This document shows, one piece after another, positions 23,127 to 32,000 of a DNA stretch of 32,000 nt. Position numbers and translations under genes: made by a program. Below the pieces are notes generated by a model, which searched no databases, had not been told where the DNA came from, and saw only the letters and a list, made by a program, of their open reading frames with translations. Each line of letters opens with the position of its first letter. Positions within the stretch are counted from its first letter, which is position 1. Source of the stretch: Aquifex aeolicus VF5 (GTDB lineage Bacteria > Aquificota > Aquificia > Aquificales > Aquificaceae); assembly GCF_000008625.1 (NCBI RefSeq), contig NC_000918.1, positions 900,001-932,000 on the forward strand. The letters are read 5' to 3'.

Positions 23127-23137
23127 ACCTTACTTTA

Positions 23138-23165
23138 AGTATATAGAGTTTTAAAAATTTTGCAA
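23138..23165 (-). promoter_or_regulatory. Candidate csp promoter at the 3' end of hisA
   Basis: On the minus strand: TTGCAA (23165-23160), 16-bp AT-rich spacer, TATACT (23143-23138). Confidence 0.4.
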
Positions 23166-23867
23166 GTCTTCAAGGGTTATCCTCCCCTCGTATATCGCCT
23201 TTCCTACAACCACTCCCTCAACTATCCCGTAGAGCTTTTTAATATCTTCCAAAGAAGAAACCCCTCCCGAGGCTATCACGGGTTTCTTCACATGTTTTTT
23301 AATCTCTTTATAAGGCTCTACATCTACTCCCTCAAGGCTTCCGTCTCTCTCTATTACCGTGTAGAGGTATCCCCAAATGGGATAATTTTCGTACTCCTTT
23401 GCAAATTCTTCGGGAGAAACAGCGGTCTCTTCCTTCCAGCCTCCGATGGCAACTTTTCCTTGTTTCGAATCAATGGCGAGGATTACCCTGTTTGGGAAGT
23501 TTTCAAGTATCTTTAAAAACTCCTCTTTGTTTTTATAAGCCAGAGTTCCGATAACCACAAAGTCTATACCCTCGTCAAATAGAGCCTTTGCAACCTCGTA
23601 ACTTCTTATACCTCCGCCTACTTCTACTTCTCCCTCAAAGTTTTCCCTTATCTTTCTGATAACTTCCAAGTTTTTGGGCTTTCCGCCCTCAGCACCTTCG
23701 AGGTCTACAACGTGAAGCCTTTTAAAACCTAGGTCCGAGAAATTTTTTGCGAGTTCCCAAGGCCTTTCAGAGTAAACTTTTACTTTATTAAAGTCTCCTT
23801 TATATAGCCGAACAGCTTTACCTTCCATTAAATCTATGGCAGGAATTATGAACTCCTTTAAGTTCAA
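23151..23867 (-). CDS. hisA: Phosphoribosylformimino-5-aminoimidazole carboxamide ribotide isomerase
   Basis: IIPAIDLMEGKAVRLYKGDF, LHVVDLEGAEGG, VEVGGGIRS, VIASGGVSSLEDI. A TTG at 23867 preceded by GGAGGAGGT is a better start than the track start 23909. Confidence 0.93.
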   Translation of the reverse strand: MNLKEFIIPAIDLMEGKAVRLYKGDFNKVKVYSERPWELAKNFSDLGFKRLHVVDLEGAEGGKPKNLEVIRKIRENFEGEVEVGGGIRSYEVAKALFDEGIDFVVIGTLAYKNKEEFLKILENFPNRVILAIDSKQGKVAIGGWKEETAVSPEEFAKEYENYPIWGYLYTVIERDGSLEGVDVEPYKEIKKHVKKPVIASGGVSSLEDIKKLYGIVEGVVVGKAIYEGRITLEDLQNF

Positions 23868-24619
23868 AGAATTACCTCCTCCATGGGCATAACTGGTCCC
23901 TCGTAACAAACTCTCTTAAACTTTCCGTCTCTGGTCTTCACGACGCACCCGAGGCACACACCCCAACCACACGCCATCCTCTCTTCCAAGGAGAAGTAAA
24001 CCTTGTGTCCCGTTTTCATTTCTTTGATGGTTTTTAGCATAGGCTTTGGTCCGCAGGCGTGAACCACCCAGTCCGTGGAAAATTCCTTCAAAATTTCCGT
24101 GACAAAACCTTTTCTTCCAGCACTCCCGTCGTTCGTAAAGAGTTCGTAAGGGAATTCTTCCTTCTCAAGCCACTCTACCATCCCTAAGTGTTCCCTGCTC
24201 CTGCCTCCGTAGGCTATGAAAACTTTCTTTCCCATATCCCTCAGCTTTTTGGCGAGCAAGGTGAGTCCAGCAAGTCCTACTCCTCCGCCTATGAGGAGAT
24301 GTTTGTCACCCTCGTAGGAAAAAAGCCTTTTGCCAAGTGGCAGGAAGGTTTTTAACCTCTCGCCCGGCTTCCTTTTAGAAAGGAGGTAAGTCCCTTTTCC
24401 GTAAACATCGTAGTAAAAAACGGCTTTGTGTTCCTCTATGTCCGCAACTGCGAAGGCCCTCCTTCCCATAGGGTCGTAAGTGTCGGAGGGCTTTATCATA
24501 GCGAAGTGCCCGGGTTCAATCTGTTTTAAGATTTTGTCGGGAATTCTCAAGGTAAGTCTGTAGAGGTTTCCCGAGATGTAAGTGTTTTCAAGTACCTCTG
24601 CGTTTAATTCTGCGAGCAT
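23864..24619 (-). CDS. pyrK: Dihydroorotate dehydrogenase electron-transfer subunit (FAD / 2Fe-2S)
   Basis: Ferredoxin-reductase fold (HLLIGGGVGLAGLTLLAKKL, VHACGPKPML) and cysteine cluster motif ERMACGWGVCLGCVVKTRDGKFKRVCYEGPV. Confidence 0.9.
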   Translation of the reverse strand: MLAELNAEVLENTYISGNLYRLTLRIPDKILKQIEPGHFAMIKPSDTYDPMGRRAFAVADIEEHKAVFYYDVYGKGTYLLSKRKPGERLKTFLPLGKRLFSYEGDKHLLIGGGVGLAGLTLLAKKLRDMGKKVFIAYGGRSREHLGMVEWLEKEEFPYELFTNDGSAGRKGFVTEILKEFSTDWVVHACGPKPMLKTIKEMKTGHKVYFSLEERMACGWGVCLGCVVKTRDGKFKRVCYEGPVMPMEEVIL

Positions 24620-24686
24620 ACTTGATTTATTTTAATTAAAATACAATAAAATGTTGTTTTAAAATTAAGTTTCAGGAGGAAGGAGA

Positions 24687-25997
24687 ATGGATCTGTACGA
24701 GTACGAAGCGTACGATAAAATTTTCAAAAAGTACGGTATTCCCACCCCGAAGTATATGTTCGTTGAACACATTACAGATGATGTTGTTGAATTCGTAAAT
24801 CAACTGGGTGAGTGCGTTGTAAAGTCACAGGTTCTAGTAGGAAAGAGGGGAAAAGCCGGAGCTGTAAGGGTATGCTCCAATCCCGATGAAGCTTTAGAAG
24901 AGATTGAAACACTCCTCAGGATGACTGTTTACGGAGAAATGCCTGTTGGCGTTCTCGTAGTGGAAAAGGCAAACATCCTGAAAGAACTTTACGCTTCAAT
25001 AGTTTACTCCACGGACCACAGGGCACCCGTACTTACCCTCAGCTTGGAAGGCGGAATGGATATAGAAGAAGTTCCCCCTGATAAGGTAAAGTCCTGGCCA
25101 ATAAACCCGCTAAAAGGACTCTACCCCCACATGGTGAGGAATTACCTCCTTGAACTTGGATTTCCCCACGAATATATGCCCGTTCTCAGGAAGCTCTCAG
25201 AAGTTATAGCAAGAATGTGGGACGCCTTCTGGGGGGCTGAAGCGAGACTCCTTGAAATCAACCCCCTTGCTATTGTGGACAGGGGCGGAAAGCCTGACGT
25301 TCTTGCCCTTGACGCGGTTGTTAAAATAGACGACGACGCATCAATACCGCCTGCAAAGATATACGGAGTGAGAACCGCACTCAGGAGACCTCCCACAGAA
25401 AGAGAAATCGCAGCCGCGGAAATAGACAAGGACGACCACAGAGGAAAGGCAGGCTCTTACGTAGAACTCGACGGTGACATAGCTATGATGACCTTCGGAG
25501 GAGGAGGTTCTACCGTTACGATAGAAACGTGTTACGAACTCGGACTAAAACCCGCAAACCTCACGGACATAGGCGGTAACCCGCCCGCCGAAAAGATGTA
25601 CAAGATAACGAGGATAATACTCTCCAAACCCGGAATAAGGGCTGTTCTAATCGCCGGAGGTACTGCAAACAACACGAGAATCGACGTTACTCTCGGTGAA
25701 GGTGTTGCAAACGCATTAAGAGACCTAAAGAAAGAAGGAAAACTCGACCCCAACTGGATATTCGTGGTAAGGAGAAACGGGCCGGAAGCTGAAAAAGGAC
25801 TCAGAATGCTTTACGAGGCCTTTAAAGAGTGTGGAATAAAGGGAGAAATTTACGACTCCGCATTGCCGCTTACCGAAGCTCCCGTGAGGCTTAAAGAACT
25901 CCTCGATAAGTGCCAAGCAAAAAAACTTGAAGAAGAAGAACAAATTAAGGAAGGACATACATTTACGGACGAGCAAGCTTCTGACCTCGGAATGTAA
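24687..25997 (+). CDS. ccsA: Citryl-CoA synthetase large subunit / ATP-citrate-lyase-like ATP-grasp CoA ligase (SucC superfamily)
   Basis: 436 aa, longer than typical SucC. VVKSQVLVGKRGKAGAV, EINPLAI, MTFGGGGSTVTIETCYELG and LIAGGTANNTRIDVTLGEGVANALRDL resemble the ATP-citrate lyase N-terminal region more than canonical SucC. Strong AGGAGGAAGGAG SD. Confidence 0.75.
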   Translation: MDLYEYEAYDKIFKKYGIPTPKYMFVEHITDDVVEFVNQLGECVVKSQVLVGKRGKAGAVRVCSNPDEALEEIETLLRMTVYGEMPVGVLVVEKANILKELYASIVYSTDHRAPVLTLSLEGGMDIEEVPPDKVKSWPINPLKGLYPHMVRNYLLELGFPHEYMPVLRKLSEVIARMWDAFWGAEARLLEINPLAIVDRGGKPDVLALDAVVKIDDDASIPPAKIYGVRTALRRPPTEREIAAAEIDKDDHRGKAGSYVELDGDIAMMTFGGGGSTVTIETCYELGLKPANLTDIGGNPPAEKMYKITRIILSKPGIRAVLIAGGTANNTRIDVTLGEGVANALRDLKKEGKLDPNWIFVVRRNGPEAEKGLRMLYEAFKECGIKGEIYDSALPLTEAPVRLKELLDKCQAKKLEEEEQIKEGHTFTDEQASDLGM

Positions 25998-28044
<2,047 letters not shown>

Positions 28045-28370
28045 TACATTTATAAAATACCTTATTTGATTCTATAATGGTTATTGTAAATTATAGCAAT
28101 ATATCTTGATTTTTATAATTGCGGCAGCAGCTACAGAAAAAGCTAGATCGTTTGGTGAAGCACTCATTATTTTGTTTTTGTCTTTATAGTAAGTCTTATT
28201 TATTTAGCTTTTGTTGTTTACTTTATATACTGGCTTATTGATGTAAGGCAAATGTTGCACGATATAAAGAAGGAATTGGAAAAACTTAATCAAAAACAAT
28301 AAAACAGAGCTGTTGTATTTTCCCCTTTGTTTTTTAGCCTTTCTTCACCATTTAAGTTGGCTCGTTTTTC

Positions 28371-28399
28371 TTGACACAATTTTAAAACACTGGTATATC
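28371..28399 (+). promoter_or_regulatory. Sigma-70-like promoter for the nuo operon
   Basis: TTGACA at 28371-28376, 17-bp spacer, TATATC at 28394-28399 with an extended TGn. It is followed by a GGAGG SD and the nuoA ATG 28429. Confidence 0.7.
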
Positions 28400-28428
28400 T
28401 TTACATAGTTTTTGCGGAGGGCACTTTT

Positions 28429-28785
28429 ATGGAATACATAGCTCTAGGAATAGGTCTTCTTGTTGCACTGCTCATAGCCCTCGGGCAGGCGTTCGTAAAC
28501 GACATACTCGGAACGAGAAAAAGGGATCCATTAGAGGACTACCCATACGAGTGTGGTGTCCCCCTTTACGATCCCGAAGCGAGGGGAACATTCAAGCAGG
28601 GGTATTACCTCTTGGGACTTCTTCTCATACTCTTTGATATAGAAGCGGCTTACCTCTTTCCTTGGGCTGTAGTTTTTGAAGAGATAGGAATTTACGGATT
28701 AATTGAAGTCATTGTCTTTGTGGGAATACTCACATTAGGTTTTATATACGCTTGGCGTAAGGGTGCGTTAAACTGGGAGATGTAG
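28429..28785 (+). CDS. nuoA: NADH-quinone oxidoreductase subunit A
   Basis: YECGVPLYDPEARGTFKQGYYLLGLLLILFDIEAAYLFPWAV is the NuoA/NDUFS-A signature. Confidence 0.97.
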   Translation: MEYIALGIGLLVALLIALGQAFVNDILGTRKRDPLEDYPYECGVPLYDPEARGTFKQGYYLLGLLLILFDIEAAYLFPWAVVFEEIGIYGLIEVIVFVGILTLGFIYAWRKGALNWEM

Positions 28786-28797
28786 GAGGTAAGTGCC

Positions 28798-29337
28798 ATG
28801 GTTGCAATAAATTCTAACGGTTTTGTAACAACTACCGTAGAAGAACTCCTCAGATGGGGAAGGAGGAATTCCCTCTGGCCCGTTACGATAGGGCTCGCTT
28901 GCTGTGCTATAGAGATGATGCACACCGCGGCTTCAAGGTTTGACCTTGACAGACTGGGAGTGATATTCAGGGCTTCTCCGAGACAGGCTGACGTTCTCAT
29001 AGTTGCGGGAACTGTTGTGAACAAGGTAGCACCAATGCTGAAACTCATATGGGATCAAATGCCGGATCCCAAGTGGTGTATATCCATGGGCGGATGTGCG
29101 TCCGCGGGAGGACCTTTCCCGACTTATTCCACACTTCAGGGGGTTGACAGGATAATACCCGTTGACGTTTACATACCCGGATGCCCTCCCACACCCCAGG
29201 GACTCATATACGGAATACTCCAACTCCAGAGAAAGATCAAAGAGCAAGGAATAACAAAGTACGATAAACTCTTCGCAGACTTCAACAGGGAAATAGAGAA
29301 GGAAGGTATTTTCGTTCCCAGAGAACTAAAGGTGTGA
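28798..29337 (+). CDS. nuoB: NADH-quinone oxidoreductase subunit B
   Basis: [15 protein letters not shown]...[17 protein letters not shown]...[15 protein letters not shown]...[17 protein letters not shown] has the conserved N2 cluster cysteines. Confidence 0.98.
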   Translation: MVAINSNGFVTTTVEELLRWGRRNSLWPVTIGLACCAIEMMHTAASRFDLDRLGVIFRASPRQADVLIVAGTVVNKVAPMLKLIWDQMPDPKWCISMGGCASAGGPFPTYSTLQGVDRIIPVDVYIPGCPPTPQGLIYGILQLQRKIKEQGITKYDKLFADFNREIEKEGIFVPRELKV

Positions 29338-29346
29338 GGATAACTT

Positions 29347-31107
29347 ATGAAATGGGTCAATAAGGGAACCGTTGAGAGGGTAAAGCAGGAATTTAAGGAC
29401 GAAGTAAAGTACTACGAGACAAAACACACTAAAGGTTTTGAAGTCTCTCACGATTTTCTCAAGCCATTACTTAAGTTCCTGAAAGAAAGGGAGAGGTTCC
29501 TTCACTTCGTTGATATGACCTGTATAGACTTTCCCGAACATCCAAACAGGTTTCAGGGAGTTTACATACTCTATAACCCTGAGGAAAACGAAAGGGTAAT
29601 AGTAAAGAGCTGGGCAAAAGATGGGAAACTCCCGACAGTTGAAGATCTGTGGCCCGGTGCAAAGTGGGCCGAGCGTGAAGCTTACGACATGTTCGGGGTG
29701 GTGTTCGAGGGGCACGAAAACCTCAGACGGATGTTCATGTGGGAAGGCTATGAGCACTACCCCCTAAGGAAAGACTTTCCCCTTCAGGGAATACCTGAAG
29801 TAGAACTTCCCTCCCTGACGGAAGTGCTTCACGGGAGAACGGACCCGCCCTCTCACGACTTTGAACTCGTTCATACAAAGCTTCCCACCTTAGAGGACCT
29901 TGAAAGAACGGAAAAGGCGAGACTCAAGAAGAAGGCAGAACTCGTTCTCAACTGGGGACCACTTCATCCCGGAACCCACGGAACAATATGGTTTTTATTT
30001 GACCTTGAGGGTGAAAAGGTTGTTCAGAGTGACGTAATTCTCGGACAGCTACACAGGGGAATGGAAAAGCTTGCGGAAAACTTGCACTACTTCCAGTTCA
30101 TTCCCTACACGGACCGTATGGACTACATATCCGCTATATGTAACGAGCTCGCTTACGTGGAGACCGTGGAAAGACTCCTGGGTGTAGAGGTTCCCGAGAA
30201 GGCGAGATACATAAGGACGATGTTTGCGGAACTCCAGAGGATTAACTCCCACCTCCTCTGGCTCGGAACCGGAGCTCTGGACCTCGGAGCACTCACGGTA
30301 TTCCTTTACGCTTTCAGGGAAAGGGAAAAGATAATGGACATAATTGAGGGAAATGCGGGTTACAGACTCACGAGCTGCTTCTTAAGGATAGGAGGGGTTC
30401 ACTACGACCTCGCGGAAGGCACTCTGGACGTAGTAAAGCACTTTATAAAAGACTTTCCCAACAGACTAAAGGAGTATCACACTCTCCTTACGAGGAACAG
30501 GATATGGTTAAGGAGAACTAAGGATGTTGGCGTAATAACGAGGGAAGACGTTCACAATTATGGGCTTTCCGGGCCCGTTGCAAGAGGCTCGGGTGTTCCC
30601 TACGACCTGAGAAAACTCCAGCCGTACGCCGCTTACGACGAGGTTGAGTTTGATATACCGGTTGGAGAAGTAGGGGACGTTTACGACAGGTACCTTGTGA
30701 GAATGGAAGAAATGGCCCAAAGTGTGAGGATAATTGAGCAGTGTGTTCAGAAGCTTGAAAAACTTCCCAAAGACGCTCCATACCTAAACAAGGAACACCC
30801 TGCGGTAATTCCGCCCAAAGAAGACGTATTCCACGACCTTGAGAGCATGGTAAAGTCCTTTAGAGTTGTTGTTCACGGTGAAGATGCACCGCCCGGAGAG
30901 GTTTACTTTGCCGGTGAAAACCCCAGAGGAGAGCTGGGCTTCTTCATCTACTCAAAAGGTGGCGGGAAACCTTACAGAACACGTATACGTTCGGGAGCTC
31001 TTTACAACTTATCTATATTCCCGAAACTCATACAAGGAAGGACGATTGCGGATGCCATAGCACTTCTCGGAAGTCTTGATCCGGTTGTTGGTGAGACGGA
31101 TAGGTAA
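29347..31107 (+). CDS. nuoCD: NADH-quinone oxidoreductase fused subunits C and D
   Basis: N-terminal NuoC (VDMTCIDFPEHPNRFQGVYILYNP; WPGAKWAEREAYDMFGVVFEGHENLRRMFM) continues in frame into NuoD (LNWGPLHPGTHGTIWFLFDLEGE; QLHRGMEKLAE; FGxRPR-like GLSGPVARGSG; LGSLDPVVGETDR). Confidence 0.97.
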   Translation: MKWVNKGTVERVKQEFKDEVKYYETKHTKGFEVSHDFLKPLLKFLKERERFLHFVDMTCIDFPEHPNRFQGVYILYNPEENERVIVKSWAKDGKLPTVEDLWPGAKWAEREAYDMFGVVFEGHENLRRMFMWEGYEHYPLRKDFPLQGIPEVELPSLTEVLHGRTDPPSHDFELVHTKLPTLEDLERTEKARLKKKAELVLNWGPLHPGTHGTIWFLFDLEGEKVVQSDVILGQLHRGMEKLAENLHYFQFIPYTDRMDYISAICNELAYVETVERLLGVEVPEKARYIRTMFAELQRINSHLLWLGTGALDLGALTVFLYAFREREKIMDIIEGNAGYRLTSCFLRIGGVHYDLAEGTLDVVKHFIKDFPNRLKEYHTLLTRNRIWLRRTKDVGVITREDVHNYGLSGPVARGSGVPYDLRKLQPYAAYDEVEFDIPVGEVGDVYDRYLVRMEEMAQSVRIIEQCVQKLEKLPKDAPYLNKEHPAVIPPKEDVFHDLESMVKSFRVVVHGEDAPPGEVYFAGENPRGELGFFIYSKGGGKPYRTRIRSGALYNLSIFPKLIQGRTIADAIALLGSLDPVVGETDR

Positions 31108-31119
31108 GGGGGCAAGCGG

Positions 31120-32000
31120 ATGGAAGCGATAGCTTACTCTTTAGCCTTTACCTTCTTGAAGATAGTTATAGTCTTTTCCCTGGCTCTCGGTATAGGGGCT
31201 TACCTCACGTGGTTTGAAAGAAAGCTCGCAGGGCACATTCAAAACAGGTTAGGACCAACGGTGGTAGGTAAGTTCGGGATACTCCAACCTCTTGCGGACG
31301 CCCTAAAGCTCGCAACCAAAGAAGTTATCATCCCTAGAGGAGCGGACAAGCCCGTATACTACGCAGCTGTAGTGATGGCTTTAGTTCCGTCCATACTTCT
31401 GCTTACGATAATTCCCTTTGGACCGGGTTTTAGAGTGGGGAATACCTACATAGAGCCCATAATTGCGGACGTGAACATAGCATTACTCCTTGCCTTTGCC
31501 TTTGGTTCACTATCGGTTTACGGAACAATATTCTCGGGATGGGCTTCAAACTCCAAGTACGCCTTTATAGGTTCACTTAGAAAAGCCGCGGTAGTTATAG
31601 CGTACGAAGTAGTTCTCGGTTTTTCCGTTTTGGGTGTTATTCTTCTTGCGGGTACGCTCAGCACGGTCGGGATAGTTGAAGCTCAGATACAGAAGGGAGT
31701 CTGGTTCATCTTTTACCAGCCTGTGGCTTTTATCCTGTACCTTTTCTGTATGCTTGCTGAAAGCGGAAGGGTTCCCTTTGACATTCAGGAGGCGGAAGCG
31801 GAGCTGGTTACGGGTTACAACGTTGAGTACGGCGGTATGAAGTTCGGAGCTTTTCCTCTCGCAGAGTGGTACGTAAACGTAATAGCCCTTTCCGCAATAG
31901 CTGTAGTTCTCTTCTTCGGCGGATGGGATGGACCTCACATCTTCGGGCCACTTTCTCCGTACTTCTGGTTCGTGTTCAAGACATTTGCACTGGTTTTCTT
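31120..32000 (+). CDS. nuoH: NADH-quinone oxidoreductase subunit H, partial (runs off the window)
   Basis: Frame read from ATG 31120: LGIGAYLTWFERKLAGHIQNRLGPTVVGKFGILQPLADALKLATKE...AEAELVTGYNVEYGGMKFGAFPLAEW. No stop before 32000. Confidence 0.97.
   Translation, partial: MEAIAYSLAFTFLKIVIVFSLALGIGAYLTWFERKLAGHIQNRLGPTVVGKFGILQPLADALKLATKEVIIPRGADKPVYYAAVVMALVPSILLLTIIPFGPGFRVGNTYIEPIIADVNIALLLAFAFGSLSVYGTIFSGWASNSKYAFIGSLRKAAVVIAYEVVLGFSVLGVILLAGTLSTVGIVEAQIQKGVWFIFYQPVAFILYLFCMLAESGRVPFDIQEAEAELVTGYNVEYGGMKFGAFPLAEWYVNVIALSAIAVVLFFGGWDGPHIFGPLSPYFWFVFKTFALVF

Noticed and set aside
23160-23516. 118-aa plus-strand ORF opposite hisA
   Set aside because: Antisense to hisA with no start context or recognisable domain.
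28045-28370. Riboswitch or ncRNA in the thrB-nuoA gap
   Set aside because: The region is strongly AT-rich with no convincing long inverted repeat visible. It cannot be excluded without folding and comparative tools, but I have no support for it.

Overview
The window is a very compact hyperthermophilic bacterial chromosome segment. Gene content and protein character look like an Aquificales genome close to Aquifex aeolicus (inference, no database search run). About 27 protein genes fill nearly all the sequence. In order they are: partial M16 peptidase, rsfS, BamD-like lipoprotein, RNase E/G, lpxI (DUF1009), a small lipoprotein, hemA, a stand-alone RAM-domain protein, a 58-aa ORF missing from the ORF track, murA, hsp20, a type II secretion block (gspF, gspK-like, gspN-like, gspD), a membrane protein, purA, THEP1 NTPase, alaS, an unknown 155-aa protein, clpC, bamA, csp, hisA, pyrK, a citryl-CoA synthetase/ATP-citrate-lyase-type large subunit, tgt, thrB, and the start of a complex I operon (nuoA, nuoB, fused nuoCD, partial nuoH). 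I saw no tRNA, rRNA, CRISPR array, transposon or defence island, and no clearly novel multi-gene system. The most interesting signals are: (1) about ten operon-first start codons with no Shine-Dalgarno but a TATAAT/TAAAAT-like hexamer 7-10 nt upstream, suggesting widespread leaderless transcription; (2) an inverted repeat in the csp 5' leader; (3) translational coupling and an unlisted small ORF between hemA and murA; (4) a citrate-activating enzyme subunit of the reductive TCA cycle; (5) a possibly decayed small membrane-protein reading frame upstream of nuoA.
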